64,000 nucleotides of DNA. Source: an uncultured Armatimonadetes bacterium (GTDB lineage Bacteria > Armatimonadota > Hebobacteria > Hebobacterales > Hebobacteraceae). Below are positions 9,909 to 19,754 of this stretch, in pieces. The stretch lies in NCBI GenBank assembly GCA_963716175.1, contig OY970296.1, positions 800,001 to 864,000 of the forward strand, read 5' to 3'. Within the stretch, counting starts at the first letter, position 1, and each line of letters begins with the position of its first letter. The position numbers and the translations under genes are program-made. The notes under the pieces are model-generated. The model was given only the letters and a program-made list of their open reading frames with translations. It had not been told where the DNA came from and made no database searches.

Positions 9909-12900
9909 CTAGAGCGACAGCTTGAACGCCCTCGCGATATACGCCGCCATCTGATCCCGCGTGCACACGTACTCGAGGTGGTACTCCCCGTCCGGGTAAC
10001 CCTGCACCACGCCGTGCGCAACGCAGTACTCGACGTGCTTGTAAGCCCAGAAGCTGGTAGCCACATCGGGGAAGGTGGGGGAGGTCGGCGGCATGTAGCT
10101 GGCCAAGCCGGCTTCTCCGGTGGGCGTCACCATGGCGCGGGCGATGAAAACCGCCATCTGGCCCCGGTCGAGTTCTACCGCAGGCGCGTAATTCCCGTTG
10201 GGATAGCCCTGCACAATGCCCTGCGCGAAGGCGTACTCCACATACCTGTAAGCCCAGTGGTCAGGCTGAACATCCGGGAAGGAGGCCTGGGCTGGGCCAG
10301 TCGGCACGTTGGCGTCGCCGGCAGCGAGCGCCCGAGAGATGTAGACGGCCATCTGGTCGCGGGTGACCGCTAGCTCGGGGTGATAGCTGCCATCGGGGTA
10401 GCCGGCGACGATCTCAGCGCGGGCGCAGGCATGGATGTAGTCCACGGCCCAATGCTCCCAGGGGACATCGGAGAACAAGGCCCACTCGGGCACGAGGTGC
10501 ACGATTTGGCTGTCATAGGCGTCTGCCACCCAGATGGAGCTGTCACCTGCATTGACAGCTACCGCTACCGGATAGTCAAACTGGAGATCAACCATGAGAG
10601 CAGACCCATCTGCAGCCAGGTGGGCCAACCAGCCCCACCCGTCCGTTACCCAGCAGGAACCGTCTGCAGGGTTCGCGGCCACCGCCGTGATATCCACAAG
10701 CCCAGCCGTACAGGACAGGGGCTCCCCTTCCTTGCTGATATGCGCCACCGCGCAGGAGTCGGCGATCCAGCACGAGCCGTCGGAGGTGTTGACGCCCACC
10801 CCGCCGCGCCCGGACGGGAAACCTCTCCAAAGCTCGGTGCCGTCGGCGGCCAGGTGGACAGCATAGTCATCATCAGGCCACGACGAGCCAGTGCCGACCC
10901 AGCAGGACCCATCGGAGGGGTCAGAGGATACTGCGACGGCGGCAAAGCCGCCATGCCGCCACACTTCACTGGCGTCAGAGCTGTAGTGCACAACGCGGTT
11001 CTCGTCCGAATAGGCTACCCAACACGAGCCATCAACCGGGCTTGCAGAGGCAGACGACGGAACCGTGTAGTCCCATTCAGGATGGGCCTCATAGGAGTTT
11101 CCCAGTTCCGCGCCATTCTCCGCAAAGTGGACAACCATGAATCCGCCGGAGTAGCCAATCGAAGTGTCGTAGAGGACCGACCCAGCCGCCCAGCAAGATC
11201 CATCCGTAGGGTCCACGGACACGTAGGCGCAATCGAACGACAAGATTGAGTCTTCCGGGAAGCTGTGTGTCCCTCTCCAGAGCACTCTACCGTCGCTGGC
11301 AAGATGCATGACCTCGAATCCGCAGGCAAGCCAGCAGCTTCCGTCAACAGGGTCAACCGACGCACTCGTGGCTCCGATCTCTTCCTCCCAGAGCAGGCCG
11401 CCATCGGCGGAGACGTGACTGACCTTGTTCGGATATCCGTAGAGGTTGGGGAAGGTTACCACCCAGCACGACCCATCCGACGAGTTCACGGACACTCCCA
11501 CGATCCCCTCGAAGTTGCCCCGCCACAGCTCAGTACCGTCTGCCGCGAAGTGGTAGAGCAGGCCATACCCGAGGGTCGGGCTCAAGCCGTAGTCGGCTAT
11601 CCAGCACGAACCGTCGGCCCCGTTGACTGCGAGATCCCTGACCTCAGACCAACCCTCCAGACTCCCTCGCCAAAGCTCCCGCCCGTCACCGGCCAAATGC
11701 ACAATCTGAGTAACGCTGTCGCGACCATCGGCAACCCAGACTGACCCGTCTCTGGAGTCGACCGCGATGGCGTGCGGCCAGTAGTTGAAGTTGCCGCCTC
11801 GCCAGATGGTCTGCCCGTCAGCCGCAAGATGCACGAGTCGGCAGTTGTCTGCGTCGGTGATCCAACAGGAGCCATCACGAGGATCAACTGCGGCCTCCGT
11901 CGGTGACAGGAATCCCTCGTGGTAGCGCACTAGCAGCGTCCCGTCGCTGCCAAACCGCACCGCGTTCTGAAGCCCGCCATCGGCTGCCCAACACGAGCCA
12001 TCCGTGGGGTCGGCCGAGACGGCGCGCAGGCCCGAGTTCAGGAAGGGATCGGAGAAGTAGGAGGCATCCAGAACAAGATTCCCGTCGCTGTCGAGGCGTT
12101 GGATAGCCCCGCTCGGTGGCGCTGCCAGCCAGCAGGATCCGTCACTCGCGTCCACTGACAGGGAGGATACATCGCGTAGGAATGCCGCTGTGCTCACCCA
12201 CCGCGTCGAGCCGTCGGAGGCAAGACAGGTGATGGCCTCACTGGTCCTGTCGGCGACTCGGCACGAACCATCCCGCGGGTCAACGGACACCGAGATCGGC
12301 CCGCGGAACCCGTCGTAGTAGTCCAGCCCTTCACTGAAGCTGGCATCCCAGCGACAGATATACTGGGGGCTCATTTCGGCCACCCAGCAGGAGCTATCAC
12401 GCGGGTCAACGCACACTGAGATCGGGGCGCCAAAGCCCCTCACCAAGTCCACGCTCCCGAGTGCCAGCAGAGCAACGCTGTTGTGCCCGCTGTCGGCGAC
12501 CCAGCAACGCCCGTTATTGGGGTCCACTGAGAGGGACTGCGTCCCGTAGCCCATGGACCCCCAGAGATGCCAGGTGCCCATGAGCGTGCCGTCCCGTGAC
12601 ACCCGCTCTACGCACTCGCCCTCCCATTCGAATATAGAGCCTATATAGCATGAGCGGTCCGCCGGGTATACGCCTAATCCCGTCGCTCCCCATGCTGGCA
12701 CAGTGAGCAGTTCCTCCCCTTGGGGGGAGAGAAGAACGACTTGGTCATGCTCTGGATCGGCGACCCAGCAGGAGCCGTCACTGGGATCTACGGCGACCGC
12801 CGAGGCGGAAGCGAACTCATCTCCTCGCCAGAGCACGGTGCCCTCCTTCGAGAGGTGGAGTACTGCGCCGTTCGATTCCCCGGCTGCCAGGTCGCCGCCG

Positions 12901-13383
12901 GTCCCCGAGTCCTCACTGCCCCAGCCGGGATCGGCCACCCAACACGATCCGTCTCTGGGATCGACGGACAGTCGCCAGGGCGTGGACAGCCCCCTCCACT
13001 CCTGGAGCATGGCGCCGTCTGCAGCCAGGCGGACCACTCGGCCGTTGAACGTGTCCGCGACCCAGCATGACCCGTCCGTCGGGTCGGCCGCCACAGCCTG
13101 GGGGCTGAGGAAACCATTGCTCTGCGTGACTACCGCGCCTTCGGGCCGTGAAGTGCATCACGCTGCTTCCCGTGGCCGCCCAGCAGGAGCCATCCCGGGG
13201 ATCCACGGAGACTGACCACGGGGTACCGAAGGGGCTTCGCCACACCTCCAGGGCGCGCTCATCGTTGGCGAGTGCAATAGGGGACAGGGCCAGGAACAGC
13301 GCGATGGCAAGGGACAGGGAAATCCCGAAACCCGCGAGTCTCCTATAGCCCTGCCGTGAGACCGGAATTGCGGCCTGCCCCAT
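9909..13383 (-). CDS. Secreted multi-beta-propeller (NHL-like DPxDGSCW repeats) S-layer homology protein; +1 frameshift at ~13146
   Basis: Signal peptide in ORF 12913..13383 joins ORF 9909..13094; ~21 repeats; three SLH motifs (GYPDGSY...TRDQMAVY). Confidence 0.85.
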
Positions 13384-13759
13384 TGGTCACCTCTCTGTTC
13401 CGCCGAGAACCGTCGTCCCGCAGTAGCGCTAGGATTATACCAGACCGTTGGCATTGGGTGTCTAGGCCTGGCTCAATCCGAAGGCGCGCTTCCCTCGGAA
13501 CCCAACGGCCACGTCGTGATCTCGGAATGGACGCGTCGGAGCGTAGCGATGCTGGCTGACGGCGCAGTGGTAGCTCTTCTCGCAGTGGTGACCGCGGCCG
13601 CACCATACTCGGCCTCTGCCCGCCCAGGCCGGGAGCACCAATTGGACCGGTGGAGTGCCGTAAGAGTGCCGCTCCCCCTACCGCCACCCCGCTGCCGAGC
13701 GCGGCCCTTAAGCGGACGTGGGCCGCCGTTCTGGGCAGGAACGGGCAGCAGGCGCAGCA

Positions 13760-14221
13760 CTAGGCGCTTTCGCCCGAGACCTGGCCGAGGTCCAGATGGG
13801 TCCGTCGGCTCTCGGGGCAAGGCGGCGGGCCGTTTTCCGCCGATTCGGCCCCAAGCGCCGCCTCCAGCCCGATCTCCCCCGCCAGCGCCGCCCGCAGCGC
13901 CGCGATCTGCTCGCTCTGGGCCGCGTCTGTGAGCTCCAATTCGTGCCTGGGCTCCCGCTGGCCCAGGATCTGCTTGCCCAGCCAGATCTGCATCACCACG
14001 TTGCCCTTGCTGGCTGACTGCCACTGCAGCCGGCGCAAGCTCATTCGGCCCGCCTCCCGCCCCTTTTCTATCACCCCAACTAACTCCGCCTGGCGCCGCT
14101 TGCGCTTGCGGAAGCCTTCGGGTGTGAAGCCGAGCACGGAGGCGATCTCCGCATCCGTGCACTGGATGCGAGCCAGGTCCTCCACCAGCTTCAGGTCAAC
14201 GGGCTTTGCGGGTCTAGCCAT
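13760..14221 (-). CDS. Phage terminase small subunit-like HTH protein
   Basis: LARIQCTDAEIASVLG...SLRRLQWQSASKGNVVMQIWLGKQILGQ; position after a ParB-MTase is typical of phage packaging modules. Confidence 0.6.
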   Translation of the reverse strand: MARPAKPVDLKLVEDLARIQCTDAEIASVLGFTPEGFRKRKRRQAELVGVIEKGREAGRMSLRRLQWQSASKGNVVMQIWLGKQILGQREPRHELELTDAAQSEQIAALRAALAGEIGLEAALGAESAENGPPPCPESRRTHLDLGQVSGESA

Positions 14222-14423
14222 CTGCTCTCACCGCCGCTCGGTTGCAGTCATCTGGGCCGTCCTGCGTTGCCCTCACCATGAGACAGTCAGCATAGTCTGG
14301 CCCCAGCAGGCATTCGGTGGGCATTCCCCGCCGCACGTAGCTGAGCTGCCAGCCCTCGCGCTCATAGCAAGCCACCTCGTAGGCCCACACGCGAATCCAC
14401 TCCGTGGCAGCATCGCGGGCCAC
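14214..14423 (-). CDS. Hypothetical protein
   Basis: GAGGTG-GTG start; packed between MTase and TerS-like gene. Confidence 0.4.
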   Translation of the reverse strand: MARDAATEWIRVWAYEVACYEREGWQLSYVRRGMPTECLLGPDYADCLMVRATQDGPDDCNRAAVRADG

Positions 14424-14430
14424 ACCCACC

Positions 14431-15735
14431 TCACTCGACACGGACGGCCTCCTGCCCGGTGAAGGACTCCCACCGGGAGAGGATGACATCGCAGTATCTG
14501 GCATCCAGGTCGAAGCCGAAACAGCGCCGGCCAGTCCGTTCAGCGGCGATGATGGCGGTCCCCGATCCCAGGAAGGCGTCAACAACCAACTGCCCCAGTT
14601 CGGTGGCATTGGCGATGGTGCGTTCGATCAAGGGCACGGGTTTCATGGTAGGGTGCAGGTCGTTGGACAGGGGCTTATCGTGTTCCCACACCGTGCGCTC
14701 GTTGGTGGGGCCGTGCCAGCGCGGGGCCTGGCCTTGCTTGTGGGCGTAGAAGCAGGGCTCGTACCAGTGCTTGTACTGGGCGAACAGTGCGCCCGCGCCG
14801 TTGTTCTTCACCCACACCAGGAGGTTCCGTTCCTGCCAGCCAGTCTCAGCCATGCAGTCCAGCACATCCCGCAGATGCGAGCTCGCGAACCAGAGGTAGA
14901 GGGGCGCCTTGTCATCTGAGTGCTGATGGGCCAGACCCAGGCTGGCGGTGAGCAGGTGGCGATATTCGTCATCGGTGAGGTCGTCCCAGTAGGCGTCGCC
15001 TTCTTGTCCCTGGGCGCCTCGGCGCTTGGCCCCTATGCGCTCCTCCTGAGCAGCTCTTCCGCCGAGGTAGTTGATGGCGTAAGGTGGGTCCGTGATGATG
15101 GCGTGAGCAGTTTCGCCGGCCATCAACCGCACCCAATTCGCAGGGTCGGTGGCGTCACCGCACAGCAGCCGATGCCGGCCTAGCTGCCAGAGCTCTCCTG
15201 GCTGCACCCGCGTCGGCCCCTGCTGCCGCTCGGCCTCCGCCATTGCCCGCTCGGCGTCGAAGGTCTCCTCCTGGCCCTGCTTCTCCCCCGCCTCCAGCCG
15301 CAGCAGCAACTCATTGAGATCATCCTGCCCCCAGCCCGCGGCAGTGAGCTGATCCTGCGCCTCCAGGTCGCGAAGCAGGGTTGCCAGGGCAGCCTCATCA
15401 TCCTCGGCCAGATCGCTGGCGCGGTTGTCGATGGCGAGGAACGCCTCCGGGTAGGGGCCGTCGTAGACGTGGCAGGCGATCTCGGCCCAGCCTTCGGCCC
15501 GCGCCGCCTCCACCAGACCATGACCCGCGAGGATGGTGCCATCCGGTGTGATCACCACCGGCTTCTGCTGGCCATGGATGCGTAGCGACTCTCGCAGGAT
15601 GGCGAGCTGGTGCTCTGGATGGCGGCGGTAGTTGCGCGGGTGGGGGAGCAAGCTGCTGATGGCCCGCCTCTCAATGGTCAGGTGAAGGTCCGTGCTCGCG
15701 GCGCCTTCTCTCGTTTCGGCCTGCTGTGATGTCAT
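14431..15735 (-). CDS. ParB-N plus N4/N6 DNA methyltransferase (phage type)
   Basis: HPRNYRRH...ILAGHG; TDPPY; HPTMKPV; DAFLGSGT; RBS AGGAG. Confidence 0.9.
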   Translation of the reverse strand: MTSQQAETREGAASTDLHLTIERRAISSLLPHPRNYRRHPEHQLAILRESLRIHGQQKPVVITPDGTILAGHGLVEAARAEGWAEIACHVYDGPYPEAFLAIDNRASDLAEDDEAALATLLRDLEAQDQLTAAGWGQDDLNELLLRLEAGEKQGQEETFDAERAMAEAERQQGPTRVQPGELWQLGRHRLLCGDATDPANWVRLMAGETAHAIITDPPYAINYLGGRAAQEERIGAKRRGAQGQEGDAYWDDLTDDEYRHLLTASLGLAHQHSDDKAPLYLWFASSHLRDVLDCMAETGWQERNLLVWVKNNGAGALFAQYKHWYEPCFYAHKQGQAPRWHGPTNERTVWEHDKPLSNDLHPTMKPVPLIERTIANATELGQLVVDAFLGSGTAIIAAERTGRRCFGFDLDARYCDVILSRWESFTGQEAVRVE

Positions 15736-15758
15736 CTCAGTGACTCCTATAATGCTGC

Positions 15759-15960
15759 AACTTGGATATCCGTACTGGTTTCACCAGTATGGAGTGGGTT
15801 ATAGTCTCCGGGCCGGGGCGTCGGGCGCGAGGTCTTCATTTCAGTTACGGCGCGACCGAGAAGAGGAGAATGACCCCTCGGCGACCGGTCCGGAGCTTGG
15901 ATTGCAACCTGCGGCACGACCGCGCAATTCAGGAGTCGAAGCGGGACCGGAGGCGACGAG
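15759..15960 (+). ncRNA. Candidate IS110 bridge RNA (5' hairpin plus target- and donor-binding loops)
   Basis: Left-end non-coding region; hairpin 15770-15793; loop segments match target and donor sites (see findings); ends approximate. Confidence 0.7.
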
Positions 15961-16004
15961 GAGCTCCCGCGCTGGCGGCAGATCCATTGCCGAGGAGGTG
16001 GTGT

Positions 16005-17432
16005 ATGGCGGAAGCGAGGTTGTTGTGCGTGGGCATCGATGTCTCGTCGCGCTCCCTGGAGGTCGGCTTCTGCGATGGCAGCGGAGCGCCCATCGGCGGC
16101 GTGCAGTCCTTCCCCAACGACGCGACCGGCGCGGCCGCGCTCGGCGAGGCCGTGATGGTGATCGCACGCGCGTGCGGTCGCGGCACCCAGGTGATGGCGG
16201 CGGTGGAGTCCACCGGCGAATATCATCGGGTGGCGGCGAAGGCGCTGCGGGCAGAGACGCGTCGGACGATCCAGGTGCACGTGCTCAATCCCCGCGAGGT
16301 CAAGTGGTTCCGCAAGCTGGAGCTCAAGGACACCAAGACCGACCGGGTGGATGCCGAGCTGATCGCCCGATTCCTGGCGAAGATCCGCCCCCAGCCCCGC
16401 GCCCCCATGCCCGAGGGATTCGAAGCGCTCCAGGATGCCACTCGCACCCGGCGCCGCTGCGTGGAGGATCGCACCTCGCTCAAGAATCGGCTCCACCGGC
16501 TGCTGCGCACTCACTTCCCCGGCTATCGGGAAACGCTGGGTGCCAAGTTCAGCGTCCGCACCCTGGTGGCGCTGGCCGCCTGCCCCTCGCCCCAGGAGCT
16601 GCTCCGGCGGGGTGAGGCTCGCCTGAGTGAGTTGCGCAACTCCGACGGCAAGCGTGTCGGAGCCGCCTTCGCCCGGAAACTGATCGCCCTGGCGAAAGCT
16701 GCCCCCGCGCGCCAACTGCCGATGATGGCGCGTCTCTCCATCCAGGACGCGGCCGTCCGCATCCTGCAACTGAATCGTTTCCTTCACGGCATGGACGCAG
16801 CCGTCGCCCAGGAGCTGGAGCGGCTCTTCCCAGATACGGTTCTGGCTTCGGTGCCGGGCCTGGGCCCGGTCTCGGTGGCTTCCATCCTGGCCGAGACAGC
16901 CGACATCCGTCGCTTCCCGCACAAAGAGACTTTCGTGGGCTACTGTGGGCTCTATCCCATTGCCTGGGAGAGCGGAGACACCAAGCTGCGCTTCCGCATG
17001 ACCCGCAAGGGCAACCGCATGCTGAAGATGACTCTGCTGGTGGCCTGGGCCGCCGCCCGCCAATACAACCCGGCGATCCGCCACTTCTACGCCCGCCTGC
17101 GAGCCCGAGGCAAATCCAAGAAAGCAGCCGGAGGTGCCATCGCCCGAAAGATGGCTGAGATCGTCTGGGCCGTGCTCACCTTCAATCAACCTTGGTCGGA
17201 AGAGATCGCCCTGCGCGGAATCGCTCGGGGAGAAGAGATGGCCCAGACACCGAAGGGGGAGCGACGCCTCACTGGAGATGCCGCGGGTCAAGCCCCGATG
17301 CAATCGGGACGACCACTCAAGGCGGCGTCGAGGTCTCGCGCTCCCCAGCGTAATTCTACCATCAGCGCTGGGAAAAACAAGCCGCCACATCTCCAACTTA
17401 CTCGCTATGCCAGAGGCACGATTACCCCTTGA
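16005..17432 (+). CDS. IS110-family DEDD recombinase/transposase
   Basis: RBS GAGGAGGT; GIDVS, VESTG, KTDRVDA, VPGLG, WESG, KGNRMLK, AIARKM. Confidence 0.95.
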   Translation: MAEARLLCVGIDVSSRSLEVGFCDGSGAPIGGVQSFPNDATGAAALGEAVMVIARACGRGTQVMAAVESTGEYHRVAAKALRAETRRTIQVHVLNPREVKWFRKLELKDTKTDRVDAELIARFLAKIRPQPRAPMPEGFEALQDATRTRRRCVEDRTSLKNRLHRLLRTHFPGYRETLGAKFSVRTLVALAACPSPQELLRRGEARLSELRNSDGKRVGAAFARKLIALAKAAPARQLPMMARLSIQDAAVRILQLNRFLHGMDAAVAQELERLFPDTVLASVPGLGPVSVASILAETADIRRFPHKETFVGYCGLYPIAWESGDTKLRFRMTRKGNRMLKMTLLVAWAAARQYNPAIRHFYARLRARGKSKKAAGGAIARKMAEIVWAVLTFNQPWSEEIALRGIARGEEMAQTPKGERRLTGDAAGQAPMQSGRPLKAASRSRAPQRNSTISAGKNKPPHLQLTRYARGTITP

Positions 17433-17434
17433 CA

Positions 17435-18016
17435 TCAGTTATTGCATCTCCTCTCTCGAATCTGCGACGCGGCCGGCAGGCACGTCGGGCAGCGAAAGTC
17501 CAGGTCCTGGGCGGCGCACCGCAGCGCCAGCCCGGCGATCACCATCACATCGGCGCACTTCGGGCGGGGCGCGATGTAGGCGGGACGCTCCCCCTCCGGG
17601 TAGGAGAGCCATTCATGGGCGCAGCGGTAGAGGTCGACGTGCCGGTAGCCGCCCGAGATGTCAGCGTCCCACTTCGCACCGCGCACCGCGAGCAGCTCAT
17701 CCAGCACTGGCCGCAGCGCATTCACCGCCGCCCGGTAGGAGTGCACATCGGCCCAGACAGCGCAGTCCAACGCTCTCAGCAGGGCCCCGCGCAGCGGTTC
17801 GGCCGCCGGCGCAATGTGCATCTGCCGGACGTGCTCTGCGATCACCTGAGGGCCGGTAAGATCGAAGGCCTCGGCCTTCGGTCCATAGCTGCCGACCAGC
17901 GCCAGCATCAGGCAGACCCACTCCTTCACGCCAGGAAGCGCGCCGCCCCGCCGGCGCACTAGCTCGCGCACCTCCTGTCCCAGTGCCGCGATCTCGTGCT
18001 GCAGATCACTGCGCAC
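17435..18016 (-). CDS. Hypothetical protein, paralog of 18006..18806; last codons replaced by IS110
   Basis: EIAALGQEVRELVRRRG...APAAEPLR aligns with the neighbour. Confidence 0.7.
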   Translation of the reverse strand: MRSDLQHEIAALGQEVRELVRRRGGALPGVKEWVCLMLALVGSYGPKAEAFDLTGPQVIAEHVRQMHIAPAAEPLRGALLRALDCAVWADVHSYRAAVNALRPVLDELLAVRGAKWDADISGGYRHVDLYRCAHEWLSYPEGERPAYIAPRPKCADVMVIAGLALRCAAQDLDFRCPTCLPAASQIRERRCNN

Positions 18017-18806
18017 TGCTGGAACCCTCCGCGATCATCTCCGGCGCCGCGCCAAGTCCGCCCTGCTTCGCCTGCCACTCGCGGAGGCGGGAAAGTGAGA
18101 ACCTAATGTGTCCCTCCGGCCATTCCGCGTCCGGGGGCACCGGCCAGCTGTCCACGATCAGCGCTTCTGCTGCAGGCAGCGTGTGTTGAGTGACCTCCCG
18201 CTGCCACATCTGCTCTGACATGCCCGTCTGGCCGCGCCGGTGTGAGTCCTCCTGGTACTCTCGCCAACCGGTCTGCCAGAGTCGCCATAGCCACACATCC
18301 TCCACCGCACAGCCCAGCGCGCGCCCGGCCCACACCAGCACCTGCCAGCGCGTAAGCTTGGGCACTGCTGAACGTACGTACTCGACTGGGTCCACTCCGC
18401 TGCGCCAAGCAGGCGGGTAGCACTCCTCTGCTGCATGCAGGCCTCGCCACTTCGGGGCCCGCGCCTCCAGCAGTGCAACCAGCGCCTCCCTCAGCCGCTG
18501 CGAGGCGCGCTTGAATGCCGACAGATCGCCTTGGCCAACTGCCTGCCACGTGGTGACCACGCATGATCTCAAGGTCTCGGCCGCCGGCGCGAGCTGCAGC
18601 TCGCCCACTGCCTCCCCAATCCACGCTGTCCCCCGGAGGTCCGCCGCCTTCGCCAGCTCGCGGGCGCGATCATAGCCGAAGGCCGCCACGATGAAACTGA
18701 CCAGTGTATCCACGTCGGGCAGCCCCGCGCCGCGCTTGCGCACGAGCTCGCGCACCTCGGTGGCCAGCGCCGCGATCTCCTCCGCGATCTTAGCCCTGGT
18801 TCGCAT
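18006..18806 (-). CDS. Hypothetical protein, paralog of 17435..18016
   Basis: EIAALATEVRELVRKRG...APAAETLR; strong RBS, overlapping operon layout. Confidence 0.7.
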   Translation of the reverse strand: MRTRAKIAEEIAALATEVRELVRKRGAGLPDVDTLVSFIVAAFGYDRARELAKAADLRGTAWIGEAVGELQLAPAAETLRSCVVTTWQAVGQGDLSAFKRASQRLREALVALLEARAPKWRGLHAAEECYPPAWRSGVDPVEYVRSAVPKLTRWQVLVWAGRALGCAVEDVWLWRLWQTGWREYQEDSHRRGQTGMSEQMWQREVTQHTLPAAEALIVDSWPVPPDAEWPEGHIRFSLSRLREWQAKQGGLGAAPEMIAEGSSSAQ

Positions 18807-19230
18807 CCCCCTCCTCCCTCACCACCTTCAGGTCGGCCTTGATCGCCTCGATCTGGGCTTGCAGCTCGCCCAGGGCGAACGTCTCCAGCAGCTTCGCACA
18901 GCCGTTGACGGTGGAGTCGCAGCGGGGGCGGTCCAGCTTGCCGTCGAGCATCAGCTGCAGCGCCTGCCTGGCTGTCTCCTTGCACTCCTGGGGCGTGCCC
19001 ACCAGCACCACCAAGCCAGAGGGTTTCAGCGAGGCCAGCCGCGCCAGCCCCCCGGCGCGTCGGGCATCGGCCATGATCTTCTTCGCCTCTGCCTGCTGGC
19101 TGTGGAACAGGCAAAACGGCTGGCCTGGCATCGGCAGCGCCCGACACGGCTGCCCGCTTGCCGTCAAGGCCGCGCACGCCGTGCTGCTGGACGTGCTGGC
19201 TGCGCCTGGTTCCGGCATCTCCTCAGTCAT
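18790..19230 (-). CDS. Small C-C-C-H zinc-finger protein (phage-associated type)
   Basis: CAALTASGQPCRALPMPGQPFCLFH. Confidence 0.65.
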   Translation of the reverse strand: MTEEMPEPGAASTSSSTACAALTASGQPCRALPMPGQPFCLFHSQQAEAKKIMADARRAGGLARLASLKPSGLVVLVGTPQECKETARQALQLMLDGKLDRPRCDSTVNGCAKLLETFALGELQAQIEAIKADLKVVREEGDANQG

Positions 19231-19403
19231 CCGCGGTCACCCCTGGCTTGCCCGACGAGGGCCTCTGCGGCTGAGAGAGACCGTCGCGCAATGCGGCCGC
19301 GCGACACTCCGCGGGACAGGCCTGCTTGCGCGATGATGGAAAGCCGCCCTCAGCGGCCGGAAAACGCCGGTTTTCGCCTCTATCTCGGTCCTCAAGGGCT
19401 ATC

Positions 19404-19427
19404 TACCGGAGATAGCGCAAAGTGTCG
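19404..19427 (-). promoter_or_regulatory. Candidate element-sigma promoter CGACAC-N12-CCGGTA
   Basis: Upstream of the late-like operon; matches 22857-22881. Confidence 0.5.
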
Positions 19428-19500
19428 GACGGAGACAGCGACCGTCCCTTTCGCACCCCAGCGAGGGCGGCCAGATGTCTGGGCGGCCTGGCCCTCGCGA

Positions 19501-19754
19501 GGTCCGGCGCAGGCCCGGCAGCAGAAAAGTGGGGAACATGCTGCACTTTCCGAACCTGCCGTACGTGCCGAACCATCATGCGTCTCTCTTCGCGTATACG
19601 CGGACCTCCTGTACTACTCGGAGCCCTTCTCGCGCGTAGAGTAGGAAGGAGGTTCGGCAGGTTCGGCATGCGTGGAGAAAGCAAGTGATCTCCTCACTTT
19701 TTTGGTGCCGAACCCTCTCCGTCGAGGTCCGGCATCGGTCCGGCAGGTTCGGCA
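19501..19754. repeat. Cluster of 9-bp GGT(T/C)CGGCA repeats in both orientations (putative iterons/origin)
   Basis: Copies at 19566(-), 19651, 19660, 19706(-), 19726, 19737, 19746, plus degenerate copies at 19501-19565; palindrome CGCGTATACGCG at 19591. Confidence 0.65.

Larger units (their letters stand above)
15744..17452 (+). mobile_element. IS110-family insertion sequence
   Basis: CTCCT at both ends (15744-48, 17448-52); removal restores stop-RBS-ATG context ...CGA GAG AGG AGT CAC TGA G ATG on the minus strand; TTGACA at right end and TATAAT at left end. Confidence 0.9.

Noticed and set aside
9909-13383. CRISPR array or DGR-like repeats
   Set aside because: Repeats are degenerate protein-coding blades; no cas genes or reverse transcriptase in the window
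15762-16004. 81-aa N-terminal extension of the transposase
   Set aside because: Strong RBS and DEDD domain begin at 16005; the region is better explained as structured RNA
19501-19754. Mini-CRISPR
   Set aside because: Repeats are 9 bp, in mixed orientation, with no regular spacers
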